DNA of 63,097 nt, filler included, from Octopus bimaculoides (lineage: Eukaryota), in assembly GCF_001194135.2 (NCBI RefSeq). It is 8 parts of 7 records of this genome, joined end to end, with 100 filler letters (N's around TTAATTAATTAA, not from the genome) between each part and the next. Parts side by side here need not be neighbours in the genome. Positions count along the whole stretch, not along the records: positions 26,423 to 44,556 come from NC_068983.1; 7 more parts are not named here. One strand, written 5' to 3'. Shown here one piece after another: positions 26,610 to 40,451 of this stretch. A model generated the notes under the pieces. That model ran no database searches. It was not told the DNA's origin and saw nothing but the letters and a program-made list of their open reading frames with translations. Numbering within the stretch: the first letter of the stretch is position 1; every line of letters starts with the position of its first letter. The position numbers and the translations under genes were made by a program.

Positions 26610-27522
26610 TATTTTTTGTCTAGAGTGTAAGCGCCCTGAGAGAAATGTTGAAGATAAGAAACATTGGATGTGGTCTGCAAGACATTTGCGCTGGTATAGT
26701 CATGTACTACGGATGAATGAGGAGAGCTGTGGGAAGAAGTGTCACTCCAAAACAGTTGAAGGAATCCAGGGTAGAGGTAGACCCAGGAAGACATGGGATG
26801 AGGTGGTGAAGCATGACCTTGAAACGTTGGGCCTCACAGAGGCAATGATGAAAGACTGAGACCTCTGGAGATATGCTGTGACTGCGAAGACCCGGCAAAT
26901 AAAGTGAGTTCACGGCTGTATCCTACACCAATTTCGCATAACCAGCTCCAGCCCATTCAAAAGTACCTTGGATCATAGGGTGACCTGCTGTGCTTCAGAA
27001 GATCTACTGAGTCAAGTACATCAACATCAAAATGAAAATCAAATTGAAATTGTAGTTGTGATACCCATGCCAGTGGCACGTAAAAAGCACCATCCAAACG
27101 TGGCCAATGCCAATGCTGCCTTGACTGGCTTCCATGCCGGTGGCACGTAAAAAGCACCAACTCATCATGGCCATTGCCAGCCTCCTCTAGCCCCTGTGGT
27201 GGTGGCACGTAAAAAGCACCATCCAAACTTGGTCAATGCCAGCGCCGCTTTGACTGGCTTCCGTGCTGGTGGCACGTAAAAAGCACCAACTGATTGTGGT
27301 CATTGCCAGCCTCCTCTGGCCCTTGTGCCGGTGTCACATAAAAAGCATCCACTACACACATGGAGTGGTTGGCGTTAGGAAGGGCATCTAGCTGTAGAAA
27401 CACTGCCAGATCAGACGGGAGGGAGCCTGGTGCAGCCACCTGGCTTCCCAGACCCCAGTCGAACCGGCCAACCCATGTTAGCATGGAAAACGCACCTTAA
27501 ACGATGATGATGCTGATGATGT
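26610..27522 (+). mobile_element. RTE-clade LINE 3' end with long 3' UTR and (GAT)n tail
   Basis: HLRWYSHVLRM...GRGRPRKTWDEVVKHDL...DLWRYAV, then a hairpin repeat array, a conserved tail and (GAT)n. Confidence 0.85.
27072..27350 (+). repeat. Tandem array of 5 x GGTGGCACGTAAAAAGCACC with alternating 67/62-bp period
   Basis: Cores start at 27072, 27139, 27201, 27268 and 27330; spacers 1=3 and 2=4. Confidence 0.9.
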
Positions 27523-28704
27523 CATTTACAAGACATATATGCACTAGCATATGTGGCCCTGTATCTATTGCATTGCTATTACTGCCCTTTATCACATCCT
27601 CCATTGTATTCCCGTTTATTGTGTCCATCTCAGTGCCTGTCTCTAACTGTTTATCACATGCCTTTCATACTCTCACAAATTTACCTACCCACCCTTCTTT
27701 TCTGTCTGTCTCTCCCTATTCTCTCTTTCATATTCACCTTGTACCCTGGGGGTATGCCCTCATCATCTACTTCTCTCTTTCCAGCTTTAGAAACTATGTA
27801 TCTTCTCCTTAGCAAGATGCCTGTTCCTGTCCCTCTATCATAATTTCACATTCACATTCTTCAATACTATACTGCACTCAATTGAGGGATTTTTGTATTA
27901 CGAGTTACTTGGTCACATCACAAATACCAGCGCTGCAAAACAAGAAACGCCCAGTACACTCTGTAAAGTGGTTGGCATTATGAAGGACATCCAGCTGTAG
28001 AAATCATGTCCAAGTAGACAATGGAATATAGTACAGTCCTCTGTTAAATCATCCAACCAATGCCAGCATAGAAACATGGATGTTAAACAATGAAGATGAT
28101 GTGGCTGTATATATAAATGTGTGTGTGTATGTGTACGCTCACACACACACATACACACACACACACACTTACTGTGTATGTATACATATTTGTGTGTGTG
28201 GGTATGGATGTGTGTATTTATATGTGTCCTAGGTATGACCTTATAACTGCATCTGGTTGCTGGTCCCTCGTTCATGAGTTTCAGAGTTTTGAGGGGTGTG
28301 GAACCACTTCTAAATTCTTTGTTGTTCCCAGCTCTAATCTTGCCAGGAGTAGTTGCTGAGACTCCCTTAAGTCATGACTGACCATGGGATTGCACCTAGA
28401 AAGTTCCCCTCCGAGGTACAAGTCCAGGCAAGGTTGTTTATGGAAGACCAGCAGTTGCCCATGCATACCGGTCTCCCCTCTCCATGCTACAAGTGTTATC
28501 CAAAGGAAAGGCAAAGGGGCCGATACAGCTTGGCACCTGTGACGTCACAACTCATTTCTTACAGCTGAGTGAACTGGAGCAACATGAAATAAAGTGTCTT
28601 GCTCAAGAACACAACATGCAGCCAGATCCGGGATTTGAACTTACAAGCTCGACACTCTAACCACTGAGCCATGCACCTTCACAGGAGTAGTAGGACCAAC
28701 AAAT

Positions 28705-29365
28705 TAATTAACATGTCATGGAATTGCCTCTGGAAGAAGGTCAGTCACTGACACCTCAACTGAGCCAGGACAGATGACATTTTTCAGCTCTTTAGCAATT
28801 CATCTAAGAGACGATAACTCTATACAAATCTTGCATCATGACATCTATTGGGCTACTGACACTTGCTGCACCAGACCAGTACAAGTTTTAAAGGACAAGA
28901 GAGTGAGACTGGCCCTGAATCAACTATGTTCAATTCTGTAATATTCATTGTGAAGGTTGTTCAGCAAACCAAGACATACTGCACCAGTATAGCATAACAG
29001 AAGTGAACATTGGGCTGAGAACACTGTGCAGCTGAGCCTTACTGAGCCCTAATTCATCGAATCAGCAGTGGGGGCATTCGTTCTGCAAAACTGTAACTGG
29101 GCATGAAGTTAGTGGCACAGCAAAGAGGAGGGCAGGTTATAAGTTCCATCAATGAAACTACAGAGAAAGTCTTCTATGTGGCTTTGGATAAAGAGGACAG
29201 ACCATTGGTTTGCTGCTACTAGGAGGCAAGCTGAGAGTTGATCAATGGTGGGTAGGTTAACTGGATGATGGAGCAGGGTGTTTGATGGTGAAAGATCTCA
29301 AGCCCCTTGGGACCTCAGACACATCACTGATGATGCAACCCAGGGCATCTCTGAGATGTATCTTA
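28705..29365 (+). mobile_element. Decayed HERO-like (RLE-type) LINE 3' end
   Basis: Frameshifted remnants VQLSLTEP (~ELTVPW), GTAKRRA and ETTEK-S-MWLWIKR; 3' UTR with ACATCACTGATGATG. Confidence 0.55.
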
Positions 29366-30908
29366 AAACTAAACGCAATATATATATATAGGTGTGTGTG
29401 TGTGTATATATATGTGTGTATATATATATACATATATATATGTGTGTATATATATACATATATATATGTGTGTATATAAAATATATATATATGTATACAT
29501 ATGTGCGTATCTATTTATATGTGCATATGTATGTATGTGTATATATGTGTATATATATTACACACAAACACATATATTTATACTCTGAGAGTCAGAGATG
29601 TAGAAGGGAGAAATATGAAAACATTTCTTCAACATTGCTGAAATTATCCATGTGCAATAGCTATCGAATTTATATTTGGGAAACATATGAAAAGAGAAAA
29701 CGTACATATATATACATATAGATATATATATATAGATATATATATATATAGAAAAATGTTAAAACAAAGCATAATATTTAGCAATTTACATGATATATTA
29801 GAATGACAGAATAAGAAGCAGTATTTTTGGCAAAGATCCTACTTCGTTACTTTCGCTTATAAATGGCCATTCTCATAACTATGTCCGATGAAATCATTGT
29901 GATAGGAAAAATAAAGAATAAAGTATAAATAAAAGAAAGAGAAAAATATGTGAAAAGATGAAGATTATTTGAAAGTGTACCATCGATTTATTCCTAAGTT
30001 GATTTGGTTTAATGATACAAGATTGCTTCCGCTAATCAATGATGAGTTGGAAGCATGTGCATTTTGTATTTTATTTATTTATATATATATATATATTTAT
30101 TTTTGTTCTTCAGTTTTACATAAACTGATTGATGATAGCTATGTATATTATATATTTCTGGTTAGAGAGTCTGATTATTGCTTAGAGAGGACAGCTAAAA
30201 CATCTGGTTACATTTACTTGAATCCAAATATCAACAGAAGCAACTATTTGACAATGATATGCAAAATATCTGTGTGTATGATGAATATATATATGTATAT
30301 ATATATATATATATNNNNNNNNNNNNNNNNNNNNNNNNNNNNNNNNNNNNNNNNNNNNNNNNNNNNNNNNNNNNNNNNNNNNNNNNNNNNNNNNNNNNNN
30401 NNNNNNNNNNNNNNNNNNNNNNNNNNNNNNNNNNNNNNNNNNNNNNNNNNNNNNNNNNNNNNNNNNNNNNNNNNNNNNNNNNNNNNNNNNNNNNNNNNNN
30501 NNNNNNNNNNNNNNNNNNNNNNNNNNNNNNNNNNNNNNNNNNNNNNNNNNNNNNNNNNNNNNNNNNNNNNNNNNNNNNNNNNNNNNNNNNNNNNNNNNNN
30601 NNNNNNNNNNNNNNNNNNNNNNNNNNNNNNNNNNNNNNNNNNNNNNNNNNNNNNNNNNNNNNNNNNNNNNNNNNNNNNNNNNNNNNNNNNNNNNNNNNNN
30701 NNNNNNNNNNNNNNNNNNNNNNNNNNNNNNNNNNNNNNNNNNNNNNNNNNNNNNNNNNNNNNNNNNNNNNNNNNNNNNNNNNNNNNNNNNNNNNNNNNNN
30801 NNNNNNNNNNNNNNNNNNNNNNNNNNNNNNNNNNNNNNNNNNNNNNNNNNNNNNNNNNNNNNNNNNNNNNNNNNNNNNNNNNNNNNNNNNNNNNNNNNNN
30901 NNNNNNNN

Positions 30909-31335
30909 GGGGGGGACAAACACAGACACACAAACACATACACACACATACATATATATATATATACATATATACAACAGGCTTCTTTCAGTTCCGGTCT
31001 ACCAAATCCACTCACAAGGGTTTGGTCAGTCCAAGGCTATTGTAGAAGACACTTGCCCAAGGTGCCATGCAGTGGGACTGAACCCGGAACCATGTGGCTG
31101 GTAAGCAAGCTACTTACCACACAGCCAATCCTGCGCCTATTATATATAAATAATTTTTCATTCCTTTGCTTGTTTTATTCATTTCACTGTGGCCATGCTG
31201 GAACACCACCTTTAAAAGTTTTAGTCCAGCAAATCAACCCCAGGACTTAATTTTTAAGCATAATACTTATTCAATTGGCTATTTTTGCTGAACTGCTAAG
31301 TTACAGAGATGTAAACACACCAATGCCGGTTGTCA
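30909..31335 (-). mobile_element. SINE family A copy plus an adjacent tail fragment
   Basis: Head ends at 31137; a separate tail piece lies at 31160-31335. Confidence 0.8.
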
Positions 31336-31980
31336 AACCTATGCTAGCATGGAAAGCGGACGTTAAACGATGATGATGAGGATGAAGTACATATATATAT
31401 ACATATATATATGTGTGTGTGTGTACATATATATGTATATATATATAAATATGCACCCTCCCATCACACACCTACACCATGCAGTGGGACTGAACTCAGA
31501 ACCATGTGGTTGAGAAGCAAGCTACTAATTACATAGCCACGTATTTTATATACAGGAGAAATAAGGATAAACACAAGTTTATATTATGGTCCCTACATGC
31601 GTTTAACCACTATGGTTCTTTAGGGAACAGCAATATGTGTTTCCAGTGTGATTAAATGCTCAGATCATCGGGGAACACTTTATTACATTAAATTACACAT
31701 ATCTATGTCCCTTTTTACAATCAATTTCCTCTCATTGGATTCTGACAATGCTGGTTGGTGTGCAGCCCACAGAAGCATAAGTGTATGGATACCACTAACG
31801 TATTTGCTGATCCTTGTTTATAAAATCAACAAGGTATGTTGTTTTTACATGAATGGTGCACTTGGATACACTGATTTACACCAGTAAATATAAACATTTG
31901 TAGTCACCAAAACATGAATTTCCCAACACACACACACACACCCTACCCCCGCACACACACACACACACACATTCACACAC

Positions 31981-32011
<31 letters not shown>

Positions 32012-32058
32012 TGTACATATATATACATACAAGTATATATTTTATACTTGTATGTATA

Positions 32059-32295
32059 AAGGCAGCAAGCTGGCAAAATTGTTAAGCACGCCGGCCGAAA
32101 TGCTTAGCAGTATTTCGTCTGCCGCTACGCTCTGAGTTCAAATTCTACTGAGGTCGACTTTGCATTTCATCCTTTCAGGGTCGATTAAATAAGTACCAGT
32201 TATGCACTGGGGTCGATATAATCAACTTTATCCGTTTGTTTGTCTGTGTTTGTCCCCTCTGTGTGTAGCCCCTTGTGGGCAGTAAAGAAATAAGT
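32059..32295 (+). mobile_element. SINE family B, full length
   Basis: AAGGCAGCAAGCTGGCA head, GAGTTCAAATTC B-box-like motif, core and tail. Confidence 0.88.
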
Positions 32296-32761
32296 ATATA
32301 TATATATATATATGTTCATGTATGCTTATGTATGTATGCATGTATATGTATGATCATGTGTCTGTGTGTATGTGTGTTTTTTACACATGTATACATATAT
32401 ATGTATGCACACACTCATGCACATATATAAATTTGCATTTATATATGTGTGTATATTTAAATACACACACACATACACAACAAACCATAAAACAAAAGTC
32501 CTGAAATAAAAACGAAGTAAATTTTAATATTAGAAAGCTTCACTGTGAGATTAATAAAAATGTAAGCACAAGTATAAAAGAGACAGAGGGAGTCTCCTGG
32601 AACATTGTTTCATGTTGTGTTGGCTGCTCATCAGAGACAATCGACCCAAGTTTTTCTACAATCAAACCAAAGGTCAACTTCTATATAACGCAGTTGTAAA
32701 TTAGACAAGTGCATTAGTGTTAAGTCGAATTTGAATATTTGTGGTTCATAATATATATTGT

Positions 32762-33050
32762 TGAGGCGCAATGGCCCAGCAGTTAGGGCAGTAGACTCAT
32801 GGTCGGAGGATCGTGGTTTCGATTCCCAGACCAGGTGTTGTGTGTATTTATTGAGCAAAAACACTTAAAGCTCCACGAGGCTCTAGCAGGGGATGGTGGT
32901 GACTCTTTCGCCCCAACTTTCTCTCACTCTTTCTTCCTGTTTCTTGAGTTACGCTGTGATGGACTGGCATCCCGTCCAGCTGGGGGGAACACATACGCCA
33001 TAGAAACCAGGAAACTGGGCCCATGAGCCTGGCTAGGCTTTAAAAGGATG
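32762..33050 (+). mobile_element. SINE family C, third tail type
   Basis: Same head; tail with GATGGACTGGCATCCCGTCCAG, related to 24085-24325. Confidence 0.8.
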
Positions 33051-34464
33051 CAAAGAGGAAAAAAAAAAAATATATATATTTTAGAAGCAATAAAAAGAAT
33101 ACAATGAATTTGCTATGAGGTGTGAAAATCCAACATTTAGGTAAGACCTTCTTCAAGGAAAAGTTGATTGGAGAGGAATTATTGTAATACAGCTGAGTTT
33201 TACATTCTCCAAGTTAAAAGAAAAGTTATTGGCTGCAATTGATAAGGGACACAGGACGACATGAGTTTCATTTGTGAACAAGAAGTGATAGGAGAGAGAA
33301 ACAGTGTGAGAGAGGTTTGTTTTCAACAAAGTTTTTGCTGAAATTTTCTTGCAAAATAATGTTACTGGTCCTGCAGATCAAAGACAGTTCATTCTTCTGC
33401 AAAAATTTGATGCTAAACTTGAGGATTCAGGGCAATTCTTTCATGTTATCATGTATGCCAATCATTAAGCTCACTTTATAAAGTCCAACTTTTGGATAAA
33501 TAAAGCAAGCTTTTATTGCAGAAAGCAATGATGTATGTCTGAATTCCTTTTGTTTCATTTTTATGTCTTGTCATAGTAGTTATTAGTCTGGAGGAAGAGA
33601 CTGTACCCAGTGCATAGCATTTGCTCACTTGCACTCACACACGAGCACACACACACACACACACATACACACACACACACACAAATACTTACATACATAT
33701 ACTCACACACATATACATATCAGATGCATTAGATTAGTAAATTTAATGCTCAGCTTACAAGATAATGTTTCTAAGGAATCGTGGGTCAGAAGGTTAATCT
33801 TTGAAAACTGATATTCTCAGAATTGTCTTAGATTACCAGTTTCTTCTTCCAGTAAGATATCTAAGCAGTTCTTAAACCGTCATCTTTTCCTGGCTCTAGC
33901 TACCATACTACATATGTCAGGTCATATAAATATAATCAATTCAAAGTTGCTCTACATTGTTCTGAGAAGGAATAAGATGGGAATAGAAAGCTTTTGTCAA
34001 GGGAAGCAGATGCGGTTTTTAATGGGACAAACTGCTGTGTAATATTCAACGTTTCTGTCTGCAGAAATGAATTCCATCAAGATAACTGACCTTATCAGTT
34101 ATACATGGAGTTATAAGAGTTGACACAGGCCTTGAAAGTATTCAGAAAGTAATAAGTCTCAAGAATTAGCAAGACTATTGCATATGAGAAAAAGAATCAG
34201 TGGAAGAGATTTATAGATTTACTTGTTCTGCAAAGGATTTGATCTGAGACCCCTGTTGAAACTAAATCAACTACAGATGCATGTTAGCCCTTTAAAAATA
34301 CACAAAAGGTGCAGGTGTGGCTGTGTGGTTAAAAGTTTGCTTCCCAACCACTTTGTACTGGATTCAGTTCCACTGTCTGGCACCTTGGGCAAGTGTTTTC
34401 AATTATAGCTTTGGTATTTGGTAGATTGAAACTGAAAGAAGCTCATTGTGTATATATCGTCATC

Positions 34465-34990
34465 ATCGTCGTCATCGTTTAATGTCCGCTTTCCATGCTA
34501 GCATGGGTTGGACGATTTGACTGAGGACTGGTCAACCAGAAGGCTGCACCAGGCTCCAATCTGATCTAGCAGAGTTTCTACAGCTGGATGCTCTTCCTAA
34601 TGCCAACCACTCCGAGAGTGTAGTGGGTACTTTCACGTGCCATTGACACGAGGGCCAGTCAAGCGGTACTGGCAATGGCCACGCTCAAATGTTGTTTTTT
34701 GCATGCCACCTGCACAGGAGTCAGTCCAGCAGTGCTGGCAACGACCTCACTCGAATGTTTTGTTCACATGTCACCGGCCACAAGTGCCAGTAAGGCGACA
34801 CTGGTAATGATGACGCTGAAATGGTGCCTTTTATGTGCCACCAGCACAGAAGCCAGACCACTGCTCTGGCAGTGATCCTGCTTGGATTGTGCTGTTAGCG
34901 CTCCACTGGTACAGGTGCCAGTCATTGAATTTGGTTCAGTTACGATTTCACTTGCCCCAACAGGTCTTCTCAAGAGAACATCAAATAGAA
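34465..34990 (-). mobile_element. RTE-type 3' UTR fragment (same family as 26610-27522)
   Basis: Reverse complement of the conserved tail (GGAGTGGTTGGCATTAGGAAG...GCATGGAAAGCGGACATTAAACGATG) plus four degenerate array cores. Confidence 0.8.
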
Positions 34991-35624
34991 GTCAGTTCCA
35001 TACAGAATGGCTCTGAGAATTAAAGATTGTTGGCTCTGTCGAGAGCAAATCGTCTGAATTTACCACATCCATCTCTTTCAACAATGTCATGGAGTGACAT
35101 TAGCATACTACTGTTTTATTATCTTTGAAAAATAAATACACTCACATTCTTTCAAAACACACTTCTGTGACATTTTGATTTGTATGGAGACATTGTTTCA
35201 GAATTCTAAATATTTTATCATCATATAATTTTTCACTAACATATTTGGTAAACAATCTTTCCTTTGTAGGTCTGCTTGCATATAGAACAGTGTGTAACCA
35301 AACATTTTTATACAAATATATATGACTTAAAACACATCAAGTTCTATAAAGCTTACTCATTTCCTCTAACATTATAATCTGAGGAAGCCACTCTAGACTG
35401 GGCATAATTCTCTGTATCATAAATATCAGATTTTCATAAATAAGATTATCCACAGGTGTGGCTGTGCAGTAACAAGTTTGCTTCCCATCCACATGGTTCC
35501 AGGTTCATTTCCAAAGCATGTCATCTTGAGCAAGTGTCTCTTCAGTCAGCCAAAGCTTCATGAGTGAAGATAGCTGAGAAAAACTACATACCTACATACA
35601 TATATATATTAAAATAAAAACAAC

Positions 35625-35845
35625 ATTCAAACGTAGTCGTTGCCAGTGCCACCAGACTGTCTCCCATGCAGGTAGCACCTAAAACACCTTTGAGCGTGGC
35701 CATTGCTAGTACCGCCTGACTGGCCCTCGTGCTGGTGGCATGTAAAAGCACCCACTACACTCTCGGAGTGGTTGGCATTAGGAAGGGCATTCAGCTGTAG
35801 AAACTTTGCCAGATCAGATTGGAGCCTGGTGCAGCCATCTGGTGG
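35625..35845 (+). mobile_element. RTE-type 3' UTR fragment
   Basis: Two array cores and the conserved tail. Confidence 0.75.
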
Positions 35846-36129
35846 TGGTGGTGGCGGCAGCAGCGGCAGCAGCGGCAGCAGCGGCAGNNNNNNNNNNNNN
35901 NNNNNNNNNNNNNNNNNNNNNNNNNNNNNNNNNNNNNNNNNNNNNNNNNNNNNNNNNNNNNNNNNNNNNNNNNNNNNNNNNNNNNNNNNNNNNNNNNNNN
36001 NNNNNNNNNNNNNNNNNNNNNNNNNNNNNNNNNNNNNTGGTGGTTATGGTGGCGGTGGTGGTGGTGATGATGATGACGATGATGATGATGATGAGGATGA
36101 TGATGATGGTGATGATGATGATGATGATA

Positions 36130-36805
36130 TAGGGTGTGGTGAATAAATTGTCATCTAAATTATGCAAAAATGAAAATAAATCTAACATCTCATTTTAACA
36201 GATATTTTTACCAAAATTACACAAAAATATCCTGAAATACTAAAGAGTAAATTTATTCAATAAAATCGCCATTGGCTTCAACCACAGCCTCCAGATGAGT
36301 TTGGAATCTCCTGCAACTCTTCTGGATGGTCAGCTTGTTTAAGTTGGTGAATGCTGCCATAATCCTTGCCTTCAGTACATCTTTGGTGTTACAAGGAGTT
36401 TTGTTGGTCTATCACTCAACTGTGCCCCACACATAATAATCAAGGGAGTTGCAGAGTGGGGAGTTAGGTGGTCAGATATTAGGGGTGATGTGGTCGCATA
36501 AATTATCTGACATCCATGACTGGGTCCACCTGATTGTGTGGCATGATGCAGAGCCTTGTTGCCAAACATATGGCCCTTTAGCAACCACCCTTCTGACCCA
36601 GGGCAGCACTATTTCTTCTAGGCACTTGATGCAGGCCTCCACATTGAATCTGAGGCCGTATGGGAAGATGAATGGAAGCATAACATCGCCATCACTAGCA
36701 ATCACTCCAAACACCATGATATTGACAGGATGTTTGATTTTTATCACTTTCAGTTCATGCACTGTCCTCAGATTGATGCCTAAATACTCTGAAATGTTCG
36801 TATTG
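36130..36805 (-). mobile_element. maT/DD37D Tc1-mariner element, internally deleted, copy 1
   Basis: KIKHPVNIMVFG...WQQ[G]SASCH...I*PPNSPLCNSLDYYVWG...ANGDFIE*. There are 37 residues between the second and third catalytic positions. TIR TAGGGTGTGGTGAATAAATTGTCA at 36130. Confidence 0.85.
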
Positions 36806-38794
36806 ACAACCACTTGACAACCGGTGTTGGTCTGTTTACATCCAATTGACTACGCAGTTTGGTAACAGAGACCAACTGAATAAGTACTAGGCTTGAGAAA
36901 AAAAAATAAATAAAAACACTGGGGTTGATTCATTCAACTAAAAGTTCTTTAAGGTGGTGCCCCAGCTTGGCCAGTCTATTGACTGAAACAAGTTGAAAAA
37001 GTAATATACCTACTAAAGCTGTGTATGTATTCAGATATACACTTATATACACAAAATGCAGGCATATGTGTGTGTCCATGTACATGACCACATACATGGC
37101 TGTCTGAGCTCATACACATGTGTACATGTGTGTGCATGTGTGTGTGTGTGTGTGTGTATTGTGTGTATCGAGTAAAACATAGTCTCTCAAGTCTCTTAAC
37201 TATCAATAAAACTAACTTGTATTGTGATGCCCCATTGAACCTATACCAGTTGAATAAGACATTGTATATTAAACTACAAAGCTTTATGTAAAATTTATGT
37301 TAGCACAATGTATTCCATATTTAAATATTCCCATCTATCACATATGATGGGTACTAGAAATGCTGTGTAATAAACTGATAAGATTTTACAGTGTTCACAA
37401 TACAATTTCTGAATTATGGTATATCAGATATGATGCTAGCTATATCAGTAACAACACAATAAATACTGTCTTTCTTTTGATAAGCAAGTTTACAAAATGT
37501 GTCACATGGATTTCCATCTATCAATGTCGCTTCAGTAGGTATGATTTATTATATATCAGAGGTTTTCAAGTGAGCTTTCATTTTATATCACCTGCCTTCG
37601 GCTTCATTCAAAAGAAAATTGCCTTAATATTTCAATTTAAAATGTGGGTTTTTGCACTTGAGGATAAATCTATATCTGACTTTTAAAACGGGATTGAATC
37701 TTCCAAACTCAGTTTGAAATCGTGATTGACAATAGTTACATTAAGAGTGTCATTGATGGAGGTTATACTTTACATTTATTGACATAAAGTATCACCCAGG
37801 ATTTATTTGTTTTCTTGCCAACAAATTCCTTGACTATATTAAATCTAGTAAATACATTAATCCTTGAGAATATTCCATGTTGCTACGAACTAATGCAAGT
37901 AATTTCTGGCAAAAAGTTCGGATCACACAAAGTTACCTGACAAATTTAATTACTCTCTTGTGCAGTAACAATTAGTATTAATTCAATCAGTCTGAAACAA
38001 AAATTAGTACCATTACTAACTTTGCATATTTTAACTGATTAATCCACTTCATAGGGTATCCATTATACAGAGATGTATGATTAATGAATTACTTCAGGGC
38101 TGGAGTTAGAATCATACAATAAAAGCCTTTTGGGATTTAGGAAAAATTTGCAGAAACTACACCAAAAATAAATATTCTCAAAACAATATGAAGCATTATT
38201 TAGATTTCCTTTTGCACAGAAAATATCCCAAATGCACATAAATCAACACTTCTAATCAACAGTTAGCTTTTATAGTTTAACAGCTAATGGTTCAAGAGAA
38301 AAATCTAAGTGCTACTAAAAATGCAATTTTATTGAATGCCCCATATAGGGATTTAAATCTATCCTCATTGTCAAATTAATGTCTACTTTTCCATGCTTGC
38401 CTGGGTCAGACAGAATTCATTCAGGTGGATTTTCTACAGTTAGATGATCGTCCTGTAGTCAATCCTTACCGGTTTCCAAGTGGAATGCCTTCTTAGCTGG
38501 TAGGAACAGATTCACGTCAAAGAGTAATGATCACCTAGACTGCTATCCAGATAATATCATCTGTAAATGAAGATATATCACAATGAACATCATGTATCAA
38601 TGTCTAAGTTCTGCTGCACCACATGGCGCCTCATGGCAAAGACTCCTCTCCTCCACATTCCAGAAGATCACCATTCCTATCCTCGTAGTTCCTGTCATGC
38701 ACTGTTAACAATGTCTGGCAAGGAAGGTAACTCTCTATCTATAAAAGAGCCTGTATAACATCTCAGAAAACCAGACCAAGTAAAGTGATATTTC

Positions 38795-39029
38795 TTATTT
38801 CTTTATTGCACACAAGGGGCTAAACATAGAGGGGACAAACAAGGACAGACAAATGGATTAAGTCGATTACATCGACCCCAGTGCATAACTGGTACTTAAT
38901 TTATCGACCCCAAAAGGATGAAAGGCAAAGTCGACCTCGGCGGAATTTGAACTCAGAACATAATGGCAGACAAAATACCACTAAGCATTTCACCCAGCAT
39001 GCTAACGTTTCTGCCAGCTCACCACCTTG
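38795..39029 (-). mobile_element. SINE family B with target-site duplication
   Basis: Core GCCTTTCATCCTTTTGGGGTCGATAAATTAAGTACCAG on the minus strand; AAGTGATATTTC duplicated at 38783-38794 and 39030-39041. Confidence 0.9.
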
Positions 39030-39462
39030 AAGTGATATTTCTACAAAGCCTGACATGTTTCCATGGAAGTGTGGCAGCAAACAACACTGCTTGTGTGATG
39101 GTGATGCTTGATTACAACCATTGTGCAATGACAAGACAAGAACACACATGCATAGCTTCTGTCAACCAAGTCCACTGTAAGAGCTTTCATCAGCCTGTGG
39201 CTATTATAGATAACACTTGCCAAAAGTGGGACTAAACTTGAAATCAAGTGGTTGAAGAGCAAAACCGAACATCAATTCAGCAACAAGATCAAATTGGTGG
39301 TGGTGGTGGTGGTGGTGATGATGATGATGGTGNNNNNNNNNNNNNNNNNNNNNNNNNNNNNNNNNNNNNNNNNNNNNNNNNNNNNNNNNNNNNNNNNNNN
39401 NNNNNNNNNNNNNNNNNNNNNNNTGGTGGTGGTGGTGGTGGTGGTGGTGGTGGTGATGGTGG

Positions 39463-39494
<32 letters not shown>

Positions 39495-39699
39495 ATGATG
39501 ATTTGCAATGGACTTCCACACAGTTTCCATCAACCAAACTTGTTTGCAAGGCACTGGTCGTGTCAGGGACATAGTAGATGACACTTGCCCAAGAGGTCAT
39601 GCAGTGGGACTGAACTTGAAACCACATGGTCACACGCAAAGCAAGCGTCTTAGCCGCACAAAGCTGAAATACAGGATGACTTCTGAAGATGAAAATTCA

Positions 39700-40225
39700 A
39701 GGAAACTCCGATGACATGTGGAAGAGTGAAGCAAAGATTAATTGGACATGTATGGTATATCAAAATGAAAATTCCAGTGTCACGATAGGGAAAGTTTTGA
39801 ATTATAGGCAAAATGGTATCATGATGCTTATTACATTCTGTGAATGCTATATCAACAGGCTCTTTGTAGATGTCAATAACAACAGAGCTGGCTTCAATGA
39901 AATGAGTTTAATAACATCTTCTGTGATAGAATGGATGATTACCTTAAAATCTTATATCATAAATAAAATGCTATCTATTCAAGCCTTGCGTGATCACAAC
40001 ATACTATAGATAGGAACACAAAAGGTGAGGTTAATAATGAAATCAGTTTGGGATTGGTAGTACATAGTACTTCTGTATTACCATTACTTGGAAGATACTT
40101 CAAATAGTTGTAACTTTAATGATGTTGAGAGTAATTATCTAACTTGGAAGAGAAGGCAAAAGTGAAACGATGAAATTGTCACAGTGCAAAAGCATCATCA
40201 CAGTTCAACAGTTTTTTTTTTTTTT
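39700..40225 (+). pseudogene. Possible highly decayed LINE reverse transcriptase fragment
   Basis: YINRLFVDVN resembles LFNxYINDL and there are faint downstream RT-like remnants; heavily frameshifted. Confidence 0.3.
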
Positions 40226-40229
40226 TTAA

Positions 40230-40410
40230 TACAGTTCTATATTTAAAAGATGAGGAATTATCTGTATTCTTTACATTCTTTACATTTGATGGATATTTGT
40301 CCTCATCTTGTTTGTTATTTCGGCTGATGTACTCTCCAGCCTTCATCAGGTGTCCTGGGGGAATTTCAAACCTGGATTTTCATTCCTAAGGTATTTTTCT
40401 GATGTTGTTG
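40230..40410 (-). mobile_element. Second copy of the hammerhead-bearing body
   Basis: Clear homology to 10262-10460; intact CTGATGA core and stem II GGCTG/CAGCC, but stem III is deleted. Confidence 0.75.

Positions 40411-40451
<41 letters not shown>

Noticed and set aside
27072-27350. CRISPR array
   Set aside because: Spacers repeat in an ABAB pattern, the array is part of an RTE 3' UTR, the context is eukaryotic and there are no cas genes.
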